From an uncultured delta proteobacterium (GTDB taxonomy: Bacteria; Desulfobacterota; Desulfomonilia; UBA1062), in assembly GCA_963752595.1 (NCBI GenBank), contig CAVVYZ010000013.1, positions 32,001 to 96,000 of the forward strand: 64,000 nt of DNA. The letters are read 5' to 3'. Of this stretch, positions 10,621 to 21,004 are shown piece by piece. The stretch's first letter is position 1; each line of letters starts with the position of its first letter. Below the pieces are notes generated by a model that worked only from the letters and a program-made list of their open reading frames with translations, was not told where the DNA came from and ran no database searches. Position numbers and translations under genes: made by a program.

Positions 10621-11196
10621 ATGGAGGAAACAGTGAAAGAATCATACAAGGTCTGGTACCGGCTGAGAGGAGCTCTCATCGTTCCTTTTTACCTCTTTAT
10701 TGTGTTTTGGTCTGTCGGTGAGGTAGAACAAAACCATATCGTTTTCCCCTTAGGCGGCCTTCTTTTCGGATTTGGCCTGTTCATCCGCATATGGGCTCAA
10801 GTACATCTGCACTACCGTCTGAAAGAGCATAAGAAATTAACCTTGACCGGCCCGTACAGGTATGTCCGCAATCCGATTTATATCGGCAATACACTGGCTC
10901 TGGCAGGGGTTACGGTTTTGTCCGAGCTGCTGTGGTTTGTCCCGGTTATGCTCATGGCATGCGCATTCACTTACCATATGACGGTCCTCTACGAAGAAAG
11001 GCACCTGGCTGTGAAGTACGGCCAGGACTATGTGGATTTTACCCACCGAGTACCCAGATGGATTCCCCGCTTTCCCGGGGTAAAGGCAGAGGCAAACGGC
11101 AATTTCCGGAAGTACCTCTTCCCGAGCATTCTGGCCGAGCTCCATATCCTGCTTCTGACCTTGCCGCCGATCCTCAAGGAGCTATTGAAAAGCTGA
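10621..11196 (+). CDS. Isoprenylcysteine carboxyl methyltransferase/PEMT-family membrane methyltransferase
   Basis: TGPYRYVRNPIYIG, EERHL..KYGQDY..F...VPRWIP. Confidence 0.88.
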   Translation: MEETVKESYKVWYRLRGALIVPFYLFIVFWSVGEVEQNHIVFPLGGLLFGFGLFIRIWAQVHLHYRLKEHKKLTLTGPYRYVRNPIYIGNTLALAGVTVLSELLWFVPVMLMACAFTYHMTVLYEERHLAVKYGQDYVDFTHRVPRWIPRFPGVKAEANGNFRKYLFPSILAELHILLLTLPPILKELLKS

Positions 11197-11314
11197 TCGG
11201 GAAAAAGCGTAAAAAAAGTCTGTCCGGATCTATCCATGGGCAGGAGGCGTGCCTCGTTCAGAAGTGCTGAATGGCGAGGCTCCTCCCCGATCCTTGAGTA
11301 TTCAGATTTAAGCC

Positions 11315-13000
11315 CTACACGCGTGTGAGCTGCCGGTACTTGATCCGGTGCGGCTGGTCCGCGGCTTTGCCGAGCCGTTTCTTCCTGTCCGCCTCATACT
11401 CGGAGTAGTTGCCGTCGAACCATACAACCGAGCTGTCTCCTTCAAATGCGAGAATATGTGTCGCGATGCGGTCGAGGAACCACCGGTCGTGGCTGATGAC
11501 GACCGCGCATCCCCCGAAAAATTCCAGGGCCTCTTCCAGGGCGCGCATGGTATTTACATCGAGGTCGTTGGTGGGCTCGTCCAGAAGCAGCACATTGGCG
11601 CCTTCCTTGAGCATGCAGGCGAGGTGCACGCGGTTCCGCTCTCCGCCCGAGATGGTAGTCACCTTTTTCTGCTGGTCCGTCCCGGAGAAATTGAAGCGGG
11701 CCACGTAAGCGCGGGAATTCACCTCCTGCTTTCCGAGCTGCACCATGTCGCGGCCGCCGGAGATCACTTCCCAGATTGTCTTGGAAGGATCGAGGGTATC
11801 GCGCTCCTGGTCGACGTAAGCGACCTTGACCGTCTCGCCGACGCGTATGCTGCCTGAATCGGGCGTCTCAAAGCCGGTAATCATCTTGAACAGGGTTGTC
11901 TTGCCTGCGCCGTTGGGCCCGATGACGCCCACAATGCCGCCTGCAGGCAGGCCGAACGTCATGCCTTCGAAGAGGAGGCGGTCGCCGTATGCCTTCGACA
12001 CGTCCTGTGCCTCAATGACCACTTTCCCGAGCCTCGGTCCCGGCGGGATATAGATCTCCAATTCTTTCTCCTGCTTATCGTTGTCCTGGGTCAGGAGGTT
12101 TTCGTATGCGCTGATGCGCGCCTTTGCCTTTGCATGGCGGCCTTTCGGTGACATATGGATCCAGTCCAGCTCGCGCTGGAGGGTCTTCTGGCGCTCGGAT
12201 TCGGACTTCTCCTCCTGCTTCAGGCGGTTCTGCTTCTGGTCGAGCCAGGAAGAATAGTTTCCCTTCCAGGGGATGCCGTGGCCGCGGTCAAGCTCAAGGA
12301 TCCAGCCGGCAACATTATCCAGGAAATACCGGTCGTGCGTGACCGCGATGACCGTGCCTTCATACTGCTGGAGGTGGTGTTCGAGCCAGGAAACGGTCTC
12401 TGCGTCGAGGTGGTTCGTGGGCTCGTCGAGGAGCAGGATATCGGGTTTCTGCAGCAGGAGCCTGCACAGCGCGACCCGCCGCTTCTCGCCGCCTGACAGG
12501 ACCCGGACAGAGGTGTCTGCAGGGGGACATCGCAGGGCATCCATGGCCATGTCCAGGCGGGATTCGATATCCCAGGCATCCATATGATCGATCTTTTCCT
12601 GCAGCTCGCCCTGGCGCTCCATGAGGGCGTTCATCTCGTCGTCGTTCATTGGCTCGGCGAATTTTTCGCTGATGGCGTTATACTCTTTCACGAGGTCCAC
12701 GACCTCCTGCAGGCCTTCTTCAACGATCTCTTTCACGGTTTTGCCCGGATCGAGAACCGGTTCCTGCTCCAGCAATCCCAATGAGTATCCGGGAGAGAGC
12801 AATGCTTTGCCGTCGAATTCCTGATCAATGCCTGCCATGATGCGCAGCAGTGAGCTTTTGCCCGATCCGTTCAATCCGAGGACGCCTATCTTTGCGCCGT
12901 AAAAATAGGAAAGGGATATGTCTTTTATGACGGGTTTGTTCTGGTAGCTCTTGCTCACTCTCATCATGGTATAAATGATCTTTTCTCCGCCGTTACTCAT
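11315..13000 (-). CDS. ettA: ABC-F energy-dependent translational throttle EttA
   Basis: IYTMMRVSK, GAKIGVLGLNGSGKS, two ABC cassettes, C-terminal HRIKYRQL. Confidence 0.96.
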   Translation of the reverse strand: MSNGGEKIIYTMMRVSKSYQNKPVIKDISLSYFYGAKIGVLGLNGSGKSSLLRIMAGIDQEFDGKALLSPGYSLGLLEQEPVLDPGKTVKEIVEEGLQEVVDLVKEYNAISEKFAEPMNDDEMNALMERQGELQEKIDHMDAWDIESRLDMAMDALRCPPADTSVRVLSGGEKRRVALCRLLLQKPDILLLDEPTNHLDAETVSWLEHHLQQYEGTVIAVTHDRYFLDNVAGWILELDRGHGIPWKGNYSSWLDQKQNRLKQEEKSESERQKTLQRELDWIHMSPKGRHAKAKARISAYENLLTQDNDKQEKELEIYIPPGPRLGKVVIEAQDVSKAYGDRLLFEGMTFGLPAGGIVGVIGPNGAGKTTLFKMITGFETPDSGSIRVGETVKVAYVDQERDTLDPSKTIWEVISGGRDMVQLGKQEVNSRAYVARFNFSGTDQQKKVTTISGGERNRVHLACMLKEGANVLLLDEPTNDLDVNTMRALEEALEFFGGCAVVISHDRWFLDRIATHILAFEGDSSVVWFDGNYSEYEADRKKRLGKAADQPHRIKYRQLTRV

Positions 13001-13327
13001 GTAAGGACTCCTTTTCGATTTCTCCTGATAATACGGGTAGTGCATGTGATTCCTGAATGGTCATCGCTGAACGGAAAGAGGATATGACGCTGCATTCACA
13101 AATCAGGTTCCATAACCCGCGCATACCTCATATAAAGAGCTTCTCTTCTTTTTGGAAGAGAAAAAAGCATCAGCTTAGGATAAGAGGGAGGATCGAAGGA
13201 AATACCGCAGCCGTGCATTGCCCGGGGTCGTATCTCCCGATAATTTTATTGCAAATAGTCCGCACGTAGTATATGGCACTGTGCGCGCCGATAAGATATG
13301 AATACCCGCGAGGTTTAAGGAATCAAC

Positions 13328-15174
13328 ATGAAACAGCTGATAAAGAACGAAAATATCAGGAATGTCGCCATTATCGCCCACGTCGATCATGGCAAGACAA
13401 CACTGGTGGATGCCATGTTCCGGCAGAGCGGCGTGTTCCGTGAAGGCCAGGAAGTTGAGACCAGGGTCATGGACAATCTGGAACTGGAGCGGGAGCGCGG
13501 CATCACCATTGCAGCCAAGAACTGCTCCGTACATCTGGAACGGGGTTAAGATCAATATCATCGATACCCCGGGCCACGCCGATTTCGGCGGCGAGGTGGA
13601 GCGGGCCCTGTCCATGGCGGACGGTGCCATTCTCCTGGTGGACGCCTCGGAAGGACCCCTTCCGCAGACGCGCTTTGTCCTGAAAAAGACCCTGGAAGCC
13701 GGTCTCAAGGTCATCGTGGTGATCAACAAGATCGACCGCAAGGATGCCCGATCGGAACAGGTCCTGAACGAAATGTACGACCTCTTCATCGACCTGGATG
13801 CCGACGATGATCAGAGCGACTTCCCCTGCCTTTATGCCGTCGGGCGGGACGGGATTGCCATGAAGACACCCTGATGAAGAAGGCCGAAGAACCTGCAGGT
13901 CCTCTTCGAGGCCATCCTCTGCGGAGATCCCGGCCCCTGCATACGACCCGGACGAGCCGTTCCAGATGCTGGTGGCGGACCTGGACTACTCCGATTACGT
14001 GGGCCGGCTCGCCATCGGCAGGGTCTTCCACGGACATGTCGCGTACCTAAACGAATGCCCTGCTCTGCATCAATGAGAAAGGGAAAACCGTCCGCTGAAG
14101 GTCACCAAGCTCCAGGGCTATGAGGGTGTGCACGTGCGCGAGGTCGACAGCGCCGAGCCGGGGGATATCGTGATGCTTGCAGGGATCGAGAATGTAATGA
14201 TCGGCGACACCATCTGCACCCAGGAATGCACCCAAGGCCTTGCCGCGCATCACGGTGGACGAGCCCACCGTTTCCATGCGCATCTTTCCCAATAATTCAC
14301 CCCTTGCCGGTACGGAAGGATCGCTGGTCCAGTCAACCAGGATCCATGAGCGCCTTCAGAAGGAAACGCTGCGGAATGTTGCCATCAGACTGGAGGTATC
14401 CCCGGAGAGGGACTGCTTCATCATCAAGGGCAGGGGCGAGTTTCAGCTTGCCATCCTCATCGAGACCATGCGGCGGGAAGGGTTCGAGCTGTGCGTGGGC
14501 CGACCCGAGGTCATCTTCGAATACAAAGACGGCGCCGTCGTGAGCCCATCGAGCACCTCTTCATCGACTGCGACGAAGATTATCTGGGCATCGTCACCGA
14601 GAAACTTTCCATCCGGAAAGGCCGGATGATCAACTTCATCAATCACGGCACCGGCCGGGTGAGGATTGAATTCAGCATCCCTTCCCGCGGTCTGATAGGC
14701 TACCGGGATGAATTCCTCACGGACACCAAGGGAACCGGCATCATGAGCTCGTATCTATCGGGATATGAAGAGTTTCGCGGGGATTTCCCCAGCAGATTCA
14801 CCGGCTCCATCGTTGCCGACCGGAAGGGCAATGCCGTTCCCTATGCCCTGTTCAATCTGGAACCCAGGGGCAAGCTCTTCGTATCACCCGGAGACCCGGT
14901 CTATGAGGGCATGATCGTGGGCGAGCACAGCAGGGAAAACGATATCGACGTAAACCCCTGCAAGATGAAGAAGCTCACCAATATGCGCGCTGCAGGCAGG
15001 GACGACAATATTCTCCTTTCACCCCCCATCCCCATGACCCTGGAAAGGGCCCTGCAGTTCATCCGGGAAGATGAAATGGTGGAAGTGACTCCCAAATCCG
15101 TCAGACTCCGCAAAGTAGAGCTGTCCTCAAACAGACGCCATAGCGCAAGCGTTGCAAAAAAGAAGGCGGGTTAA
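13328..15174 (+). CDS. typA: Translational GTPase TypA/BipA (several frameshifts, likely sequencing errors)
   Basis: [54 protein letters not shown] and [11 protein letters not shown] are distributed over successive frames. Confidence 0.93.
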
Positions 15175-15333
15175 ACAAACAAGCGCCCCTTCTCCTCCGG
15201 ACCAAGTCCTTTTAAACCTATCCTGCGATATTAGCAGGTGAGAAAGCACTTGAAGTATCAGCGATACCTCGGAGACTTTGCCGTTGGGATGTCTCAAGAG
15301 TGCTGTTTGGAGGACGGGTATCTCCCGGTTCGC

Positions 15334-16166
15334 TTATTCCTCGTGGATGACATTCTTGATGATATAGCTTCCGGATTTTTCATCCAGCTTGAGCTCGAGA
15401 AGACTGCGGTCGCGGGCTTCTTCCAGGAGGCGGCTGAAGGATCGGAAGCCGTAATAGGATTCATTGAACCCCGGTTTGCGGCGCTTCAGGGCCTGTTTCA
15501 CCATGGAACCCCAGATCTTGTCTTCCTCGCCGCGTTCAGTAAATAAGGCAACAACCGTCTCCACCACCAGGTCGAGGGCCTTCTGTTTCTTGTCCTCTTC
15601 AGCGGTCTCCTTGTGATCCGTCTTGACCGGCGTGCCTGTAATGCTCTTGGCGAGCGGTTTTTTGCCTTTGCGTTTCTTTGGTCTCGCTCTCCCGCACGAT
15701 GTCGTCATAGAAGATGAATTCATCACAGTTGGCCACCAGGAGGTCGGACGAGGAATTCTTCACTCCCACGCCGATCACGGTCTTGTTGTTTTCCCGGAGC
15801 TTGCTCACCAGAGGGGAAAAATCCGAATCGCCGCTGATGATCACGAAGGTATCGACATGGAGCTTTGTATAGCAGAGATCCAGGGCGTCAACGACCATGC
15901 GGATGTCGGCGGAGTTCTTTCCCGGACTGCCGGATATGGGGGATCTCGATGAGCTCGAAGGATGCTTCGTGCATCACCGGCTTGTAGTCCTTGTAACGCT
16001 CCCAGTCGCAGTAGGCCTTCTTCACGATGATGCTCCCCTTCAGCAGAAGCCTCTCCAGGACCTTTTTTATGTCGAACTGGGAATACTTGGCGTCCCTCAC
16101 GCCCAGGGCAACATTTTCGAAATCGCAGAACACCGCCATATTCTGGGTCTTATCCTGCACGGACAT
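15334..16166 (-). CDS. NYN (LabA/DUF88) domain protein with C-terminal OST-HTH/LOTUS domain (frameshifted)
   Basis: AVFCDFENV, ISGDSDFSPLV, GVGVK and FNESYYGFRSFSRLLE fall in three consecutive ORF pieces. Confidence 0.88.
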
Positions 16167-16317
16167 TACGCTCTTCCCTTTCACATGCGTATTAGGAGCG
16201 CCGGCAATACCGGCCCGTCTCCCGTTTATGTGCCTGTCTCATACCATGTTGACCGGCAGAGTAATTCAACCTTCCTTTTCATACGCTGTCAAGCAGCGAA
16301 ATCATAAATGATTATTA

Positions 16318-16731
16318 TCAATGTTTCTTATTCCCTTTTTCTTTGAGCATGTCCGCGAGTTTGGCAAAGGGGCTGTGGTTCATGGAAATCGTCCCCTCGT
16401 CGCTGCGGTCGACATCTTCACCCTCGCCGAGGTCTCTCCCGTGCTCATGGTCATGGCAGTAAACGCACAGGTTTTCCCAGTTGCTCCCGTTAGGAGGGTT
16501 GTTGTCGTGATTGTGATCTTTATGATGGACGGTAAGCTGGTTGAGGTTCTTCAAGGTGAATTGCCGTCCGCAGCGGGCGCATACCCAGGGATGGATTTTC
16601 AACGACTGCTCGCGGTAGCCTTGCATGCGTTCGGAATTGAGCTGGCGTGCCTTTGCAACGAACTGATCCATCTCTTCCTTGCTTAATGTAGTGCTCTCGG
16701 GCTTCCCGTGTTTTGAACTGTCAAAGCCCAT
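16318..16731 (-). CDS. yajD: YajD-family HNH protein
   Basis: YREQSLKIHPWVCARCGR...LTVHHKDHNHDNNPPNGSNWENLCVYCHDHEH...SPFAKLADML. Confidence 0.92.
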   Translation of the reverse strand: MGFDSSKHGKPESTTLSKEEMDQFVAKARQLNSERMQGYREQSLKIHPWVCARCGRQFTLKNLNQLTVHHKDHNHDNNPPNGSNWENLCVYCHDHEHGRDLGEGEDVDRSDEGTISMNHSPFAKLADMLKEKGNKKH

Positions 16732-16983
16732 ACTATCCTCCTTGGAAACTTGGTACGGTGCAGGCTCATAACCAAATTGAACAACAGAGGCCTGCTTCTC
16801 TTGATCTATAAATACTTTTAGACGGTTTATCCAGAGCATTTTTTAAAAAATAATTCAATACCCGTACGGACGTGAGAGTTGAGAAACAGTGGTAGGATAT
16901 TACTTGATCTTATAAAGAATTCCCGAATTGTACATAGGTATTTTGCACAGCTGTCTTTGGATTTTCTATAAGGAAAGAACGGG

Positions 16984-17480
16984 ATGGGAAGGGCCCACAG
17001 GAGGTGTATCGACTTCAATCTTGCCTGGAAGTTGACAAGATATGCTGCAATCGTATCCCTGGCATTAAGCCTATGCTTCTGCGTAAATCTTAAAGGGGCC
17101 AAGACCAAGAAGGAAATTGCCCGCTCTTCCTTTTCGTCGAATTGCGGCAAATGCCATGATTCGGATGCTCAGGGCGACGGCCGGTTACACTCGAACTTCA
17201 TTCCGCCCCCTGCCAACCTGACCTTGGTCCGTGATGCGAGGGCCATGTTCCTGTCCATTGTCTCAAACGGCATACCAGGCACTGCCATGCCCCAGGTACC
17301 GATTGATGATTCCCGGGTGGAGGCAGTCATGCAATACGTTGCCGGCCGACCGCCGGAAACCTCCATCGAATGGGAAGTGCCCTGGGAATTGGAAAACAAG
17401 ACACCCGATACGGAAAACGGTTCAGCGCTCTTTATTACCGCCTGCGTCGGATGCCATGGGGCGGCAGGAGACGGCACGAT
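16984..17480 (+). CDS. Exported c-type cytochrome region with two CxxCH motifs, apparently truncated or fused to the next feature
   Basis: Hydrophobic N-terminal segment, CGKCH..GDG..PPANLT..GIPGTAMP, then CVGCHG..GDG. Similarity stops abruptly near 17478. Confidence 0.7.
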
Positions 17481-18494
17481 GATGCCGCCCTTGTGGCGCT
17501 GGACGCCGGAACGGGCAAGCCGGCCTGGAAGACGGGCGGAGGCCCTGCCTGGATGACCTGCACGTATGACGCCGAGACCAACACGATTTATGCCGGTACC
17601 GGCAACCCTGGTCCTGTCATAAACGGCGAAGGGCGGAAAGGGAATAATCTCTATACCGATTGCATCGTTGCCCTGAATGCCGACAGCGGCAAGCTCAAGT
17701 GGTATTACCAGACGATACCGCATGATGTATGTGGTCTGGACAATGTACTGGAGCCGGTTATCGATGATATCACGGTGGACGGCCGCATCCTCAAGGCAAT
17801 CATGTTCGCCTCGAAAAACGGCTACTTTTATGTCCTTGACCGGTTGAGCGGAAAATTCATCTATGCTGTTCCCTTCAGTCACTTCATCAACTGGGGTACA
17901 GTCGGGCTGGACGGCAGGGTCATCGTGGATGGAAGCAAGTATCCGGTGGCTGATAAATGGATCGAGGTGTTCCCGGGGACTGCAGGAGGGAAGGAGTGGG
18001 TTCCGGCCGCCTATGATCCGCGGATGAAGCACATGTTCATCCCTTGTATAGAAAACGGCCACCGGCATAAGCTCATCGAACAGGGATTCAAGCCGGGTCT
18101 TCGCTATTGGGGCGGTGTCTCTCGACCCATCCCCAATGCAGCATATGGGCATGTGACAGCCATTGATATTGAAAAGAAACAGATCGCCTGGGATATCCAG
18201 ACTATGTTTCCCATGGTGTGCGGCATAACCTGTACTGCTTCCGGCCTGGTGATCACGGGTACCCCGGATCAGAAGATGATTATCCTGGATGCGGATTCCG
18301 GCAGGGAGCTCTGGAGTTTCAAGGCTCAGTCAGGCTGGCACAGCGCCCCTGTAGTGTACTCGGTTGCCGGCAAGGAATATATCGCCTTTGCCAATGGGTG
18401 GGGCGGCTGGGTAGCAGGGTTCGATCTGATGGGGACTCCCGGTCTCCAAGGGTTGCCGAGGGATAATATCCTGTATGTATTCAGCCTGCCCTAG
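17475..18494 (+). pseudogene. PQQ-dependent alcohol dehydrogenase-family beta-propeller, internally deleted
   Basis: LVALDAGTGK, GGGPAWMT.TYD, GTGNPGP, NLYTDCIVALNADSGKLKWYYQ..PHD, KNGYFYVLDR. The N-terminal part and an internal block are missing, and WD-x-D reads CGLD. Confidence 0.7.
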
Positions 18495-18662
18495 CAGCAG
18501 GAGAATAGCCGCAAGATAAGTGTTTACCGGCAGATCCTGCCTGCCATTGCCATATCTGTTGCAGCCATTATCATAAATTGTACGGACGGTCATCCACTTC
18601 ATTCATGAGGTATTATACATGCATGTATACGTGCCGATATCAAAGAGAAAGGAGAGGGGGTA

Positions 18663-18830
18663 ATGCTGAGCCGGACATACTTTTTTCTCATCTTTGCAGT
18701 TTTAGCAGGTATCCTCGGGTTCGGTGAGTTCCTTGGAGAGGCCTCCTCTGGAGCCAAGATTATCTTCATTCTCTTATTAGCGTTTTCTACCATATCCTAT
18801 CTCCTTGGGAAAAGGCCGCCGATTACATGA
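18663..18830 (+). CDS. DUF1328 (YtjA-like) small membrane protein, 55 aa
   Basis: Manual translation MLSRTYFFLIFAVLAGILGFGEFLGEASSGAKIIFILLLAFSTISYLLGKRPPIT, with an AAAGGAG RBS. Below the ORF-track size cutoff. Confidence 0.85.
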   Translation: MLSRTYFFLIFAVLAGILGFGEFLGEASSGAKIIFILLLAFSTISYLLGKRPPIT

Positions 18831-18862
18831 CCATTTTTTTGTGTCGTCCTGATTAGTAACAA

Positions 18863-18890
18863 CGGGGAAGAATTGCTTCCCCGATCTTTG
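18863..18890 (+). terminator. Putative intrinsic terminator
   Basis: CGGGGAAG-AATTG-CTTCCCCG hairpin followed by a T-rich tail. Confidence 0.6.
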
Positions 18891-19121
18891 TTGCTGCTTG
18901 ACTTTCCCTGCCGCGAGTGATCCTATCGCCTTCATTCATTGTTATTCTCAAGGATATTCCATAAATCCATATAGGGCTTCATGGGCAGGCAGGATTGCAG
19001 CATGATTCATCTTTTTGTCAAGAGATCTTCTTTATTGGTCCTTTTTTGATGCTGTTGTTGCCTTGGGAGGAGCGCATCCCTAAATATACAGTGAATGGAG
19101 AATGAGACGCAGGTGATAAAA

Positions 19122-19999
19122 ATGAAGAAGAAATATCTCGCTATCGTGATTGCGGTTGTTGCAGTGCTGTTTACAGGTCAGGTGAAACTCGATGCATCAG
19201 CAGGCCCGGTGATCAAAGATGATGTGCACAGAATACAGGTCGATCCCAAGTTTCAGCCCCGGCTCGGGACCTACTATTATACGATCGAGCTGAATGGAAT
19301 AAATATCGGCGGGGCTTCCATTACCATCGGCCGTGATGAAGATCTGTACAAGATGCAATTTGATGCCAGGACGAACAAGACGATCGATCGTGTCTATAAG
19401 GTGCGCTACAGCGGACAGAGCATTATGGATCCAGATCCCCTGTCCCCGGTAGAGACAAAGATATGGCAGAGGGTAAGGTCGACGAATAAGGACACCTCAA
19501 TATACTTCCAGGATAACGGAACAATCAAGGCAACCGAAGAAGAATCAAAGGGCGGCAAACCGGTTGACAATGACGTACGGGAGGTCAGGGCCGAGAGTCT
19601 TACCCTCGATCCGTTCTCGGCTACCTACTTGATACGGAGCTTTGACTGGGGCGTAGGCATCGAGCACACGCTCAATATTTTCAATGGAAAACATATCTAT
19701 GAATGGAAGCTCACATGCGAAGATACTGCGGTTATCGATATCGAAGGCAAGAAACGCACGGTATGGGTAATCAGTCAGGAGTATAAAAAGCTGGATGACA
19801 AGGAACAGAAAGAACTGCCCAGGGTACAATCCGGGCAAAGCTTTATGTTTCCGCAGATGAATTCAAAGACGTACTCAAGATTGAGGTGAGCCGGAGCATG
19901 GGTCACTTCCTCGCTTCACTGGATAGATTCGAGCCTGCGCAAAACCAGGGTAATACTAAGGGCGGGGCAGGAGAAACGAGAATCGCAACTAACCGGTAA
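19122..19999 (+). CDS. DUF3108-like exported protein (frameshift near 19830)
   Basis: Signal peptide, ARTNKTIDRVYKVRY, TLDPFSATYLIRS. The reading continues in another frame to a TAA at 19997-19999. Confidence 0.65.
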
Positions 20000-20268
20000 G
20001 ACGGATATGGGTTGTCATGACCGCTTGCCCTTGGCCCTGGGTAATGGTATATGGCAGTGACTCTTGGAAGCCGGGTAATGACTCAATGATCATGGTTGGC
20101 ATGGCGAGGGCGCGCCGATTTTGTTACCTCTGAATCTCCTCTCGATATCCGAGAGGCAACATTCAATGGCTGATCGGGAAACCATTCCGGCAGTTCGCCA
20201 GAGGGAAGAGCAAAAAGGCAAGAGTGTGTATTATAAGGTACGGGGGATAAGCTGCCTCTGGGAGTACT

Positions 20269-20934
20269 ATGAACAGGACCAGGTTATATCTTGCAATAGC
20301 AGTGATAGTAGCGGCATTGATCGGGTTGATATCGCTCCAAACTTCTTCTTTTGCATATGAAATATCCTGGAGTATCTTTAATAAGGATTCCGAGTACTTT
20401 AAAGAAATCCAGAGCAATCCGAGGCGGCTCATTGAAGAATACTGCGAGTCCGAATTCAACGGGGTTCAGGACTTAAGGATCAAGGTGGCGAAGTTCACCC
20501 CGAAACGAACCCCCGGCGATAAGGATGCATCTGTAGAGAATGCGGAAAGCATACGGAAGGTGATCAATTTTTATAGCGATCCTCTCATCGTGGTTGATTC
20601 TTATCAGATACGCAAGGCGAATGTCTTGGATAACCGGGCAGAGGCAACGGTGGTCTATAAGCGGCTGGCCCATTCTGCAGGGATCGACGGCAGGAAATAT
20701 GCGATTGATAAAAGCAGCCAGGATGCCATCACCCTGACATTGGAGTATGACGGGTCACGCTGGTGGATCATGAACCCTCCTTTGCCGCGAGTTTCAAAAT
20801 GGGCTCTCATCGAATTTTCCGAACGGATGATATCGAGCATGGATGACCTCATCAAGACAGGCAGGGTATCAGAGGGACAGAAAAAGTATTACATAAATAA
20901 CAAAAATATCGTGATCTTTCTCAGGAGCCTGTAA
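20269..20934 (+). CDS. Hypothetical exported or membrane-anchored protein
   Basis: 221-aa ORF with an N-terminal hydrophobic helix and a GGGAG RBS. No family recognised. Confidence 0.7.
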   Translation: MNRTRLYLAIAVIVAALIGLISLQTSSFAYEISWSIFNKDSEYFKEIQSNPRRLIEEYCESEFNGVQDLRIKVAKFTPKRTPGDKDASVENAESIRKVINFYSDPLIVVDSYQIRKANVLDNRAEATVVYKRLAHSAGIDGRKYAIDKSSQDAITLTLEYDGSRWWIMNPPLPRVSKWALIEFSERMISSMDDLIKTGRVSEGQKKYYINNKNIVIFLRSL

Positions 20935-20974
20935 TGGGAGAGCTCCCTCTGCGATACCCTCATATCAAGTGAAG

Positions 20975-20995
20975 GCCGGGGAATAAAGCCCCGGC
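20975..20995. terminator. Hairpin between convergent genes
   Basis: GCCGGGG-AATAAAG-CCCCGGC. Confidence 0.5.
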
Positions 20996-21004
20996 ATCTG
21001 GTAT

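Noticed and set aside
13860-13890. In-frame TGA ending the typA fragment (MKTP*) as possible selenocysteine
   Set aside because: TypA similarity resumes in a different frame, the position is not a Cys site, and there is no SECIS-like hairpin. It is an indel artefact.
15334-16731. NYN plus HNH genes as an anti-phage defence system
   Set aside because: Both match widespread stand-alone families (LabA/DUF88-LOTUS and YajD), and there is no ATPase, sensor or other defence context.
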